Below are positions 51,395 to 61,156 of a stretch of DNA of 64,000 nucleotides, in pieces (within the stretch, counting starts at the first letter, position 1; the number at the start of each line of letters is the position of its first letter). The stretch covers positions 96,001 through 160,000 of the forward strand of contig LDXK01000001.1 in assembly GCA_001443395.1 (NCBI GenBank), read 5' to 3'. The stretch comes from a candidate division WWE3 bacterium CSP1-7 (lineage in GTDB: Bacteria; Patescibacteriota; WWE3; 9FT-COMBO-53-11). The translations under genes and the position numbers were made by a program. The notes under the pieces are model-generated. The model saw only the letters and a program-made list of their open reading frames with translations. It was not told the DNA's origin and ran no database searches.

Positions 51395-54214
51395 TTAGGT
51401 CTTAATGACGTCCTGCGTAAGAGTTACGATCAATGTTAAACCGACGTCGGTGATCTGTTGTTGGGTACTTAACGGTAAATAGTTTATTGCCCCGAATGAT
51501 TTTCTGATCCTCACATTAACGTTCTTGGGGCTAGCTTGATAGTTGTAGCTTTCAGTAGCAATTCCGCTGGCGTTGGTCTCCTCGTTCATCAAAGGAACAG
51601 TTGCAGTGTCGGTAGCCGAAACATAATCTACGGCTAGTGTGTGCACTCCATAAGGCTCGCTAGCCCAACTGTCCCCACCCGACAATGCAGTTGTCGTCAC
51701 TGAGTTAGCAGATACCGACAAAACAATCGCCCAATTAAAGGGGGAGTTTGTCATTCGGATAGTGTCTCCTTCGACAATAGTTCCGTCACCGATATCAGTT
51801 TCGTTAATTGTGGTTTCATTGCCCGTACCGTCGTCTGTTCCGGTAACCGCTGTGGGTAAGGTAAAGGTGGTTCCTGATCTACTAGAGTACCGATAAGTCT
51901 GGTATTCGCCCGTCGAAATATCCTGAATATCCAACCACCCTGAAGCCGGTAGGTCGGCGGGAGGAGTTTGGGTGACAACGAAATCCGCGTCAGTCCTGTT
52001 GTTGCCTGTAGAGGAAGTAAAGGGATTTCCGGGGTGGCCAACATCGGTGTCTTCATATCTTTTCTGGATAAAAACCTGGGCGTCTTCAATCGGATTGTTG
52101 TCTGCGTCGAGGGTGGTTACTGAGATATTTTTGGTGTTGGCGATGGTTGTTGAACCAGCTCCCTCGTTCTCAACTGGAGTCGGACTATCTCCACCGGACA
52201 CGTTGATAGTGACGGTGCCGCCGGAGCGGTTTCGCAACCCAACAATGTTACCCGAGAAAGCGTGGCCGGAGAAGTCGAAGGTCTCGGCGTCGTGGACAGA
52301 TACGGCCCGGGCATTATTGATGAAAGAACAATTCAACATGTCGTCATTCGCTGTAGCCGGAAGGCGGACTGAACCCAGCGACAATGTTTCCGGCCCAGCT
52401 CCGAAACGCGATAGGCGCGGCGCATCACCGGTTTGATCAGCTTCGGCGTCTCCTCTGATCCCCACTCGCCGGTTCGTTTGATAACTGGATTGACCAGTGG
52501 CTGAGACCTTAGTAACAGCACTATTGCCTGAAACGAAGCCTTCAATAGTTGTCCCGTCACCTCGCAAAGACAATAGGTAGTCAGTATCTTCCAAGAACGT
52601 CACGCTGGTTGGCCCAGCGATGGCCGTATCAGTACCGGCGTCGCAGCGAATAAGCGTAACCTGGCTGTTGAGCAAATCAGCTTTCAGATAGTAGTAGTTT
52701 TCGGTTGCGGCGGTCGCGTCTTTGCGAATGATAACGCCCAGCGCTCCTTGGTTAGCACCGCCACTCGGCCAACGCACAATCGCTTCGGCATAGTGATCAT
52801 CGTTTCCCACCACATCATTCGTTACCATAACGACCTGTCTTTGGTCCGAACCTCCGGGGTCCAACAACTCAACATATCCGGCAGTTCTGTTGGGAATAGA
52901 TAGAAACGTCCCATTTACCACGTTGACCCAGTCGACGATCGGGTCGGCAGTCGCTAATACTTCGGCGGCAGCGGCATCAACATTTAGAAATCTCTCCATG
53001 AACCGATATGATCCCCCGATCCCATCGATAAAGGTATCCTGCCGAAGCTCAACCGGCCCGGCTTGGAGAGTACCGCAACCCAGTAGAGTGTTCCCAATGA
53101 ATTCATCGGTGGATGCGCTGTTCCCAGAAAAATCTAAATCCCTGAAGTTGGAGAAAGTCGTACCGTAAATCTTTACATCCTCCACATTTCCATCGTCCGC
53201 GTCAACGATAGTTGGGATTTGATATGATCCAATAAAAACCGGGCCGTTTCGGCCGGATGCGGTGTCGCCCGTACCTACCTTCTGCCCGAATTGAACTTTG
53301 GTATCTCCGCCAGGAGTAGTTGCATTACCGACAAATTCTATGCCGTAGTAAGGCACCCCATTGCTGTCTCGCCCATCATTCCAATTGCCAGACGTATCAT
53401 ACCCAACGGTAGGACGGATGGACGTCGTAGCTGTGTGATAGTACCAGGTCGGTTCCCACACGACCACGTCATTCTCCGTGCTGAAGTCGGTTGGGTTGGT
53501 GGAAACATCGTCGCCAATAGAGAGTTTTCCTTTGCAATAAACGACTCCGGCTCGTTCTGTCAAAACTCCGTACCGGTTAGCGACAGTCCCCCAATCCCAA
53601 TTCAACATCTCGCGGATTCCCCCCCCTACCGAATCGGGAGTTCCACGAGCCCGTAGTTCCCCCCGGCCGTAGGAAATTCGATCAATTCCAAAGTTCTGCC
53701 CTTTCGCTGTGGTCGTAGTCGTCATCGCTCCGCCAAAGTAGCGTAAAGCCGCAAGGTTGGGCGTACCGCCAGTAGCAGATGCGGGAGCACGGGGGTCGAT
53801 CACAGCCATTATCCACCCCGTTGTGGCTGATACCTGCAGAAAATCGTTTCCGCCTACATAAAAATCTTTGTAATCAGTGGAGGGCGGGGTTCCGGAGCCG
53901 ATTCGAACGATAAGTCCGCCGTTGGCGAGAGTAGCCATCAACGACGGCACGTTCGACCGGATCCATATATAGATCAGCTTGTTGTAATGAGCCCCCGCCG
54001 AGGAAAAATCGAGAGCAGCACCGGCACCCAGGTCAAAAACCATCCCTTTAGTAACGGCACCAGATACGGCCCGGCTGAAAGAGTTTGCCCCCTGAGCAAA
54101 GAAGTCCGGCTCGCGTGAAGGAGTCTGCGCACCAATGGAATACCACGGTGGCGATGCATAATCGGTCTCACAGTCGGTAATGTTGGTCAGATCAGTAGTA
54201 ATTGTCAGTGCCAT
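51395..54214 (-). CDS. Large phage-structural-like protein (beta-helix and lectin-like segments)
   Basis: 939 aa, T/G/D-rich, no signal peptide; C-module homologous to the 47317 protein. Confidence 0.8.
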   Translation of the reverse strand: MALTITTDLTNITDCETDYASPPWYSIGAQTPSREPDFFAQGANSFSRAVSGAVTKGMVFDLGAGAALDFSSAGAHYNKLIYIWIRSNVPSLMATLANGGLIVRIGSGTPPSTDYKDFYVGGNDFLQVSATTGWIMAVIDPRAPASATGGTPNLAALRYFGGAMTTTTTAKGQNFGIDRISYGRGELRARGTPDSVGGGIREMLNWDWGTVANRYGVLTERAGVVYCKGKLSIGDDVSTNPTDFSTENDVVVWEPTWYYHTATTSIRPTVGYDTSGNWNDGRDSNGVPYYGIEFVGNATTPGGDTKVQFGQKVGTGDTASGRNGPVFIGSYQIPTIVDADDGNVEDVKIYGTTFSNFRDLDFSGNSASTDEFIGNTLLGCGTLQAGPVELRQDTFIDGIGGSYRFMERFLNVDAAAAEVLATADPIVDWVNVVNGTFLSIPNRTAGYVELLDPGGSDQRQVVMVTNDVVGNDDHYAEAIVRWPSGGANQGALGVIIRKDATAATENYYYLKADLLNSQVTLIRCDAGTDTAIAGPTSVTFLEDTDYLLSLRGDGTTIEGFVSGNSAVTKVSATGQSSYQTNRRVGIRGDAEADQTGDAPRLSRFGAGPETLSLGSVRLPATANDDMLNCSFINNARAVSVHDAETFDFSGHAFSGNIVGLRNRSGGTVTINVSGGDSPTPVENEGAGSTTIANTKNISVTTLDADNNPIEDAQVFIQKRYEDTDVGHPGNPFTSSTGNNRTDADFVVTQTPPADLPASGWLDIQDISTGEYQTYRYSSRSGTTFTLPTAVTGTDDGTGNETTINETDIGDGTIVEGDTIRMTNSPFNWAIVLSVSANSVTTTALSGGDSWASEPYGVHTLAVDYVSATDTATVPLMNEETNASGIATESYNYQASPKNVNVRIRKSFGAINYLPLSTQQQITDVGLTLIVTLTQDVIKT

Positions 54215-54306
54215 CTCTAACTAAAAATACAACAATCTTTCAGGCAGGGAATAAATAAGACCCTAAGTATCAACTAGATATCGATCTAAATTATAATGCT
54301 TTTGAA

Positions 54307-56442
54307 ATGTTATCAATCCTCCCAAAGTTAACTAGGTTTTTAATAGTAATTTCTTTTATTTCCCTTCTTGTTTTTTATCCCCAAATAGTAGGGGCTACTA
54401 ATTCTTGCACCGCCAGTGCATCTCCGGCATCGGTACAAGCTAACTCAACTACCTCCTTCAGTTTTTCGATTACCAATACTGGTTCTGAGACCGTAAACTA
54501 CGTAAGGGTAATGGTTCCCTCCGAAAATTTTACTCTTCAAAGTTCGGGAGTCCCTAGCTGGACAGTGTATTCGGGAGGCTCTTTGGTGGAACTTGTGGGA
54601 GGAAGCGTTGCGCCCAGCTCCGTATTCCAGTTTTCGCTCCCCGCCACCGCGGGAAACAGTGAAGCTCCCTCGGCAAATTGGCAAGTAGTAACAAACACCG
54701 GAACCGGTGAAGTTAGTTGCACCGGATCCTTGGGAACCACCATTTCAGGAGTTGCCGATGTACTCGCCCCAGAATTGTCGGAAACAGCAGTTACCGGCAT
54801 AACAACTTCTTCAGCAACGGTCAGTTGGACAACGAATGAAGCTTCCAATTCAAAGGTCGAATACGGTCCAACCGAAGATTTGGGTTTCAGTAAAACTGTC
54901 ACGACACTGGTTGCATCCCACTCCGTCACCTTGAATGGACTCTCGGCAAATACGGCTTACTACTACTCGGCGGTAAGTACAGATGCGAGTGGCAACATCG
55001 GCAGAAATGACCAAAACTCCTTAACCACAGCGTCTTCTGCCGGATCGACAAAAATTACGATTCCACCCCCGCAAACCATCATCAAAAGCGTCACTGACAC
55101 CGCCGCGCCGGGAATTTCGATTACTACCAACTTTTCCAAGCCTTTTGAGCAACCGCCGCTTATTTCAGGCCGGGCGACTGACGCTTACGGAATCGCTGCC
55201 GTGGAGTACTCCACCGACGGTGGGGTCAACTGGCTACCAACGGACAAACTCACCTCCCCAGGAAAAAAATCTACAACCTTCAACTTTGTACCGATTTTGT
55301 TCGACGACGGCAATTACCAAATTGTCGTTCGAGCCACCGACGGCTCGGGAAACCGAGGAGTGTCCAAAATTTACACATTGGTAATTGACCGCTTGCCGCC
55401 GATCGTCGGCTCCGCTCTTATCTCCATCGGACCATTGGTCCTGACCCCCAATGAGAACGGCCAACTGGTAACCATTTCCGGCGTCGAGCATAAAGTTATC
55501 CTCTCGGCCGCCGGCGGCCCCGTTACCATCGATCTTTTGATAGATAACCACGTCCATTCTTTTTCGCGCTCCCACGAAACCGGTCTCTGGAACGGCGCGG
55601 TAATCTTCGCCCAATCCGGATTTTACGAACTGATCGTAAAAGCAAAAGACGGGGGCGGAAATGTGACCGAACGCCGCCTGACCAATGTGATTGTGCTTGA
55701 TCCGGGACAGTTAGAGGGAGTAGATAAAGGCACGATCACCGTCTACTACCAAGAACCGGCTTCCAAAGTTTGGTACCTCTGGGATTCCCGGTCCTTTGGC
55801 CAAACCAACCCCCGGAGCTTCAAAGATGGAACCTACAGTCTTTTCCTTCCCGCTGGCACCTACTATTTAAAGATTTCTGCTCCGGGATACAAAACCGTTA
55901 CAAGCAGTATCTTTCGACTAGACTCCACCGCCCCGATCAATACCGATTTCACTCTTGAGAAGACTAGTCCTTTCAGCATCTTTGATCTCTTCCGTTCCCA
56001 AGAGGTTAAAATTAGCGAATCGCAACCCCCCGCCGAGATAAATCCCCTTTTGGGTAAGCGGGCGCTAATTTTCTTTCTCCCCGCTATCGAAGGAACTTTC
56101 GAATCGGTCACGTTGCGCGGACACTCTTCCGTTCTCTCCTTCGTTAACACCTGGTCCGATTCCTCGATTGAACAAATCTCGATCTTGGATAAGTTTCCTC
56201 GCCCGAACCAAATCGGCACCGTGGTTGTCCAAGATAACTTATCTCGGATCAAGATTCTGGCTAAAAGAGGGGAATACGATCTGAATTTGGCGGTCGATGA
56301 GGACGGCTTGCTGGTGGACGATTTTGGTATCTTCACCCTTCCCACCCACGTTTTTATGGACCGAAAAGGCGTAATCAAAAGAGTCGTCCCGGGCGTTTTG
56401 ACGGAGGAAGAAATTGAAAAAAATCTCTTGGACATTCTCTGA
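54307..56442 (+). CDS. Secreted FN3/Ig-like protein with C-terminal Cys-less redoxin-like domain
   Basis: Signal peptide; SATVSWTTNE..SKVEYG..HSVTL.GL..NT.YYY; FVNTWSDSS and LPTHVFMDRKGVI. Confidence 0.75.
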   Translation: MLSILPKLTRFLIVISFISLLVFYPQIVGATNSCTASASPASVQANSTTSFSFSITNTGSETVNYVRVMVPSENFTLQSSGVPSWTVYSGGSLVELVGGSVAPSSVFQFSLPATAGNSEAPSANWQVVTNTGTGEVSCTGSLGTTISGVADVLAPELSETAVTGITTSSATVSWTTNEASNSKVEYGPTEDLGFSKTVTTLVASHSVTLNGLSANTAYYYSAVSTDASGNIGRNDQNSLTTASSAGSTKITIPPPQTIIKSVTDTAAPGISITTNFSKPFEQPPLISGRATDAYGIAAVEYSTDGGVNWLPTDKLTSPGKKSTTFNFVPILFDDGNYQIVVRATDGSGNRGVSKIYTLVIDRLPPIVGSALISIGPLVLTPNENGQLVTISGVEHKVILSAAGGPVTIDLLIDNHVHSFSRSHETGLWNGAVIFAQSGFYELIVKAKDGGGNVTERRLTNVIVLDPGQLEGVDKGTITVYYQEPASKVWYLWDSRSFGQTNPRSFKDGTYSLFLPAGTYYLKISAPGYKTVTSSIFRLDSTAPINTDFTLEKTSPFSIFDLFRSQEVKISESQPPAEINPLLGKRALIFFLPAIEGTFESVTLRGHSSVLSFVNTWSDSSIEQISILDKFPRPNQIGTVVVQDNLSRIKILAKRGEYDLNLAVDEDGLLVDDFGIFTLPTHVFMDRKGVIKRVVPGVLTEEEIEKNLLDIL

Positions 56443-56461
56443 TAATTGTTAAAATAAGTCG

Positions 56462-58060
56462 ATGCTCACCACTCAATTTTTACTCGTAAATTTCCACTTT
56501 GTCGTTTCTCTGCTTGCCGCCCTAATCACCCTCGCTATCGCCTGGCTTTACTTTGATGCTTGGACCGGCCAGAAAAGTTTTAAGCAAGCCCTCCCGTTTC
56601 TGGGGTTCCTGTTCCTCTCTCTATCCTTTGTCGTGCAGAGCGTGATTGTGGACCAGTCTCTATTTGAAACCGCTTTCGAGGGCACTGCGGTCGCCGGCGC
56701 CCTCAAAATCATCTTCCGCTTCGGGGGATATCTCACTCTGGTTGCCGGTCAACTCATTACCCCACTCCAGCAGCGGCCGACCCGAAAGTGGCGATTCCGC
56801 AGTGCGGCCTTGCTGTCCTTTCTGGGATTACCGGTACTGGAACTGGCGCCGTTCCTCCTCGCGGTATTAGCAATGGTGACCGGATTACTCTATCGGCGCC
56901 GCGCCGCCCGAGGCTTGGAGCGACACCTGAAACCGGTTTCGCTCGGGTTCTTTATCCTAGGACTCGCGGAACTCTTGGGCGTCTCGATCGGCTTCCGTGA
57001 TACCGCCAACGTTGCCCTCGCCAATCTCGTTGCCCCCTTCCGCCCGCTCTGGATCACCGAGAGGGTTATCTTGCTTATCGCGATCTACATCTTCGGGCGG
57101 TGGGTCTGGGGATATCTCTTGAAGCGTTTTGAAACCCAGCTCTTTATGATTTTCACCACCGCCACTTTGGCAATTTTTCTGATAACCACGGTTGCTTTCA
57201 GCCTGGCTTCCCTCGCCAACGTTCGCAATAGCGCTCTGGAAAGCTTGCGTTCCGACGTCGGAGTTATCGCTTACACCGTCGATAGTAAGAAGGCGGAAAT
57301 TCTCGCGGATGCCCAGGTTGTTTCCCAAGACCCGCACGTCGGCGCAGCCCTTCCCAGCGCCAATCGGAGCGCCCTTGCCACCATCCTAACCAATAATCTT
57401 CTAGCTAAAGGTTTGACCACCCTCACGGTGGTGAACCGCGATGCTCAGGTGGTAATTCGGGCCGAGGATCCGGAACACTTTGGCGAATCCCTCTCGAGCG
57501 ACCCGTTAATCCAATTGGCCTTGGAAAACCGCGAAACGAGCTCAGTCGACACCAAAGAAGGAACACTGGCTCCCGTCGTCACCATTCGCGCTGCCGCTCC
57601 GGTTCTTAGAAACAACCAAGTAATCGGTGCGATCTTGATTAGCAGCGATATTGACAACGCCTTTGTGGACGGCGTCAAGGAAGCCACCGGTCTGGATGCC
57701 AGCATTTATGCCGACAACGTTCGCTCGGCAACCACTTTCATTGCCCCGGACGGCAAAAGCCGTTTTACTGGAATCAAGGAAGAGAACGAGACCGTCAAAG
57801 AGAGGGTTCTGGCTCAAGGGCAGACCTTTGAGGGATCGGTTGACATTTTGAGTGTCCCCTACTTCGCAGTTTTCTCTCCGCTCAAATCCTTCGACAACAA
57901 CGTCGTCGGAATGCTTTTCGTCGGCCGGCCACAGACTTCGATTCTCCAAACCGCGGCCCGCTCGATCGAACTCACTTTTTCAATTTCGGCGATCCTTCTG
58001 GTTCTATCGGGGTTGCCCGCCTACTTGATCTCGAAATATATTGCCGGTCAAACGGTCTGA
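56462..58060 (+). CDS. Multi-TM membrane protein with Cache-like extracellular domain and no output domain
   Basis: ~7 TMs; FVDGVKEATGLDASIY...R.ATT, Y...PL......VGMLFVG; ends right after the last TM. Confidence 0.7.
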   Translation: MLTTQFLLVNFHFVVSLLAALITLAIAWLYFDAWTGQKSFKQALPFLGFLFLSLSFVVQSVIVDQSLFETAFEGTAVAGALKIIFRFGGYLTLVAGQLITPLQQRPTRKWRFRSAALLSFLGLPVLELAPFLLAVLAMVTGLLYRRRAARGLERHLKPVSLGFFILGLAELLGVSIGFRDTANVALANLVAPFRPLWITERVILLIAIYIFGRWVWGYLLKRFETQLFMIFTTATLAIFLITTVAFSLASLANVRNSALESLRSDVGVIAYTVDSKKAEILADAQVVSQDPHVGAALPSANRSALATILTNNLLAKGLTTLTVVNRDAQVVIRAEDPEHFGESLSSDPLIQLALENRETSSVDTKEGTLAPVVTIRAAAPVLRNNQVIGAILISSDIDNAFVDGVKEATGLDASIYADNVRSATTFIAPDGKSRFTGIKEENETVKERVLAQGQTFEGSVDILSVPYFAVFSPLKSFDNNVVGMLFVGRPQTSILQTAARSIELTFSISAILLVLSGLPAYLISKYIAGQTV

Positions 58061-58112
58061 TCCAAAAAGACCAACTTGCCAAAAGAGAAATTTAGGTTGT
58101 ATGCTGAGACAG

Positions 58113-58520
58113 ATGGCTAAAATTCTGATCGTCGAAGACGATCCGTTGATTGCGCGACTCTATCAAAAAGCCTTCGCTTTCGAGGGATACGATGTCGAGG
58201 TCGCTCATGATGGTGAGGAAGGGCTAAAGAAAACTGCGGAGGATAAGCCCGTCCTCATTCTTTTGGACATTATGATGCCCAAAATGCACGGGTTTGAGGT
58301 GATGGACCGGCTCAAGGCCAACGAAGAAACCAAGAAAATTCCCGTGGTTGTCCTAACTAACTTGGCTAGCCCGCGAGATGCTGAAACTGCCCTCTCCAAA
58401 GGAGCGGTCAAATACATCGTCAAAAGCGAGTACCAACCGAAACAGATTGTGGAGATGGTGAAGGAGATTTTAGCCGGATACACCAGAGAAGAGATTCCGG
58501 CGACGGCCGGGGTAAAATAA
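58113..58520 (+). CDS. Single-domain response regulator
   Basis: ILIVEDD, LLDIMMP, LTNL, YIVK. Confidence 0.92.
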   Translation: MAKILIVEDDPLIARLYQKAFAFEGYDVEVAHDGEEGLKKTAEDKPVLILLDIMMPKMHGFEVMDRLKANEETKKIPVVVLTNLASPRDAETALSKGAVKYIVKSEYQPKQIVEMVKEILAGYTREEIPATAGVK

Positions 58521-58526
58521 ACTCTT

Positions 58527-58919
58527 TCAGCCCAGCTGCGAAACAACTCGCTTGACTATTTCCGGCAACTCCAGATCGGTTTTGATCAAGTAGTCCACCG
58601 CCCCCAATTTTCGAGCTTTTTCTTGAGCCTCCTTCTCGTTAATGATGGTAAGGATAATCACCCGGATGTTCTTGGTCGTCGCATCCTTTTTCAGAGCTTC
58701 TAAGACTTCATAGCCGCTCATCCCAGGCATCAGGAGATCGAGGAGAATGGCACTCGGTTTTCCTTGCCGCGCCAGAGCCAACCCGCTTTCCCCGTCATGG
58801 GCGATCTCGACTTCCAATCCAGCCTTTTCAAAGGCACTCTGATAGAGCCCGCTCAAAAGCGGATTGTCTTCGATCAGGATAAGGATCCTTTTTTTCTTCT
58901 TTTCCACTTTGGCAACCAT
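58527..58919 (-). CDS. Single-domain response regulator
   Basis: LIEDN, LLDLLMP, ILT, YLIK. Confidence 0.92.
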   Translation of the reverse strand: MVAKVEKKKKRILILIEDNPLLSGLYQSAFEKAGLEVEIAHDGESGLALARQGKPSAILLDLLMPGMSGYEVLEALKKDATTKNIRVIILTIINEKEAQEKARKLGAVDYLIKTDLELPEIVKRVVSQLG

Positions 58920-61120
58920 TACTTTGGTAGTTTATCCTTTTTGGACTTTCCTTGAGCGAGAGGTAAAGAGAAGGTGAAGGTCGACCCTTCCCCTTTCACC
59001 GAACTGAACCTGATTTTCCCGCCCATTTTCTCGACAAGCATTCGAGTGATGAAAAGTCCCAAACCGGTTCCCAAAACATCTTGAGTTTCCTTCGCCCCAA
59101 CCCGGAAGAATTTTTGGAAAATTTTCTTTTGGACTTCTTCCGGAATCCCGTACCCGGTGTCACGGACCTCCACAATCAGCGAATCCTCACCGGGTTGACG
59201 AAAGGCAGAAATACTAACGGTTCCCTTATCCCGGTTATATTTGATCGCGTTGGTAACCAAATTCATCAAAACCTCTTTGAGCTTTCCCGGGTCACAGAGG
59301 ATCTGCGGAGCAACGGTAATATCAGCCGAGAGCTTAATCCCCCTCTCCCGAGCCATTGGAAGAACCTCATTGGCAACCTCGGCGAGGATTGGAGAAAAAT
59401 CGTGAGGCTCGGTCTTAGTAACTAGATTTCCGGCCTCCTCGCGGGAAATCTCCAGAAGGTCGTTGATCAGCTGTTTGAGATGATCGTTGGCCTGAGACAT
59501 AAAATCCAGATTCTCTCGAATGTCCCTGGGAAATTTCTCCTTTGCCTCCGAAACCAGACTGAGAAACCCGCCAATGGCTGTCGCGGGGGTGCGCAACTCG
59601 TGGGTGGCGATAAAGAAGAACTCATCTTTAAGACGGGCCACATCTCGGGCCTTCTCCAGCTCTTGTTTTTGAACCTCCCTCAAGGACCTGGTCCTCTCTC
59701 TCACCTTCTCATCCAGAGAGGTGTAGAGTTTCGCGTTCTCCAAGGCAACCCCGGACTCGTGGGAAACGGCTTCCAAAAGGCTGGTGTCACGAGTGGTGTA
59801 GGGATCACCGGAGCCCTTTTCCCCAAGACAAAGGAACGCTTCTATCTTCCCACGCACGCGGATGGGGGAGCAAATGGCAAGCCCGCTGCGTTTGAGGTTT
59901 TCGATCTGCTCCACGGAGGGAGTTCTCTCGGCCATTTCCTCCGTAAGGAGAGGTCCGTCGCTTTTTTCCATCAGTTGGATGAGAACATGATCGCGCGGAA
60001 AAGTTAAGATCTCACGGTCGGAAAGAGTTTGAGCGTAGATAGGGACGAAAATATTCCTCTTTTCGTCCCACAGGAGGAAAGCGGCTTTTTTGGTTTTGAA
60101 AATTTCCGCGATGGTCCTAGTTAATTTGGTCCCAAAATCTCCGACCGAAGTCGCTCGGTTTAAGACCCCGGTAATTTTTCTTAATGTTTCTACGTAAAGG
60201 TAGGTTCCACGGAAGAAAAATCGTTCCGTAACTCGCTGAAAAATCCGGACAGCCTGAATTCCGGCCAAAAACATAACAATCACGGTTGCGGCAACGACAA
60301 AAGGAGTTAAAGAATTGACTCTCTCAGGTGCAGCCAACTCCACTATTCGAAGGATAAAGAAGTACATTGACGGACCGGTGGCGGCGATGAGCAACATCGC
60401 AATCCCACTCTGGAGGGCGATGCGGATATCAAAAAGTCTATACCTGAGAATCGCGTATGTAACCGGAATCGTCATCAGGATTTGGAAAGAAGAAGTTAGG
60501 GAGCGAAATCTGAAAATCTCAAATTGCGGGAGCACTACAGAAACAAAAATCCCGCTTAACGTAAATAACCCCAGTCCGATCCCCAGATATTGGAGCTGCA
60601 GTTTATCGAGACCTTTAGACTTTCGGTAAAAACTGGCGATTTTTACCAATCCCCACAGAGCCAAAGTTATAGTAAAAGCCTGCATCAACTGATAAAGAGG
60701 ACCTCGCACCGGCCCAACGCCCCCACCGGAAAATTCCACACCCTCCACCGACAATGAACTCAAGGCTAATATTGTGTTTAGGACCAATAGAACGAGCAAT
60801 CCGAGAAATAGTTTCTTATTCAACGAGACTCGATATTTTTCCTTCAACGAGTAAGCGAAAAGAAACAACGAACCTGATGTGAGGGCCGCGGTCGCGTTTA
60901 TCATTCTCCCCCAGAAAAGAGACGGGCTTAAGGAGAGCATCAAAATAGCAAATGATATTCCTGAAGAGAAAACTACAAACAATCCAAAGAAAATTCGGTC
61001 CAATTTTCTTCCGCTTCTCACGAGAATGTAAACACCGATAATAATATTGAGGATGAGAATTCCAATGTTAAGTGAAGAAGCAGCAGACATGTAATTGCAT
61101 TGTATAAAAAAGGACAGCAA
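58919..61120 (-). CDS. Sensor histidine kinase: N-terminal 7TM-type region, GAF, HisKA, HATPase
   Basis: YAILRYRLFDI, GAF ending LENAKLY, THELRTP, NAIKY, DTGYG, GTGLGL; alternative start 61090. Confidence 0.92.
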   Translation of the reverse strand: MLSFFIQCNYMSAASSLNIGILILNIIIGVYILVRSGRKLDRIFFGLFVVFSSGISFAILMLSLSPSLFWGRMINATAALTSGSLFLFAYSLKEKYRVSLNKKLFLGLLVLLVLNTILALSSLSVEGVEFSGGGVGPVRGPLYQLMQAFTITLALWGLVKIASFYRKSKGLDKLQLQYLGIGLGLFTLSGIFVSVVLPQFEIFRFRSLTSSFQILMTIPVTYAILRYRLFDIRIALQSGIAMLLIAATGPSMYFFILRIVELAAPERVNSLTPFVVAATVIVMFLAGIQAVRIFQRVTERFFFRGTYLYVETLRKITGVLNRATSVGDFGTKLTRTIAEIFKTKKAAFLLWDEKRNIFVPIYAQTLSDREILTFPRDHVLIQLMEKSDGPLLTEEMAERTPSVEQIENLKRSGLAICSPIRVRGKIEAFLCLGEKGSGDPYTTRDTSLLEAVSHESGVALENAKLYTSLDEKVRERTRSLREVQKQELEKARDVARLKDEFFFIATHELRTPATAIGGFLSLVSEAKEKFPRDIRENLDFMSQANDHLKQLINDLLEISREEAGNLVTKTEPHDFSPILAEVANEVLPMARERGIKLSADITVAPQILCDPGKLKEVLMNLVTNAIKYNRDKGTVSISAFRQPGEDSLIVEVRDTGYGIPEEVQKKIFQKFFRVGAKETQDVLGTGLGLFITRMLVEKMGGKIRFSSVKGEGSTFTFSLPLAQGKSKKDKLPK

Positions 61121-61156
61121 GAAATACAGGATATTTCTTGCTGTCAGACGAAAAAC

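Noticed and set aside
45382-54214. Intact prophage
   Set aside because: No integrase, terminase, portal, capsid, tape-measure, replication or lysis genes recognised
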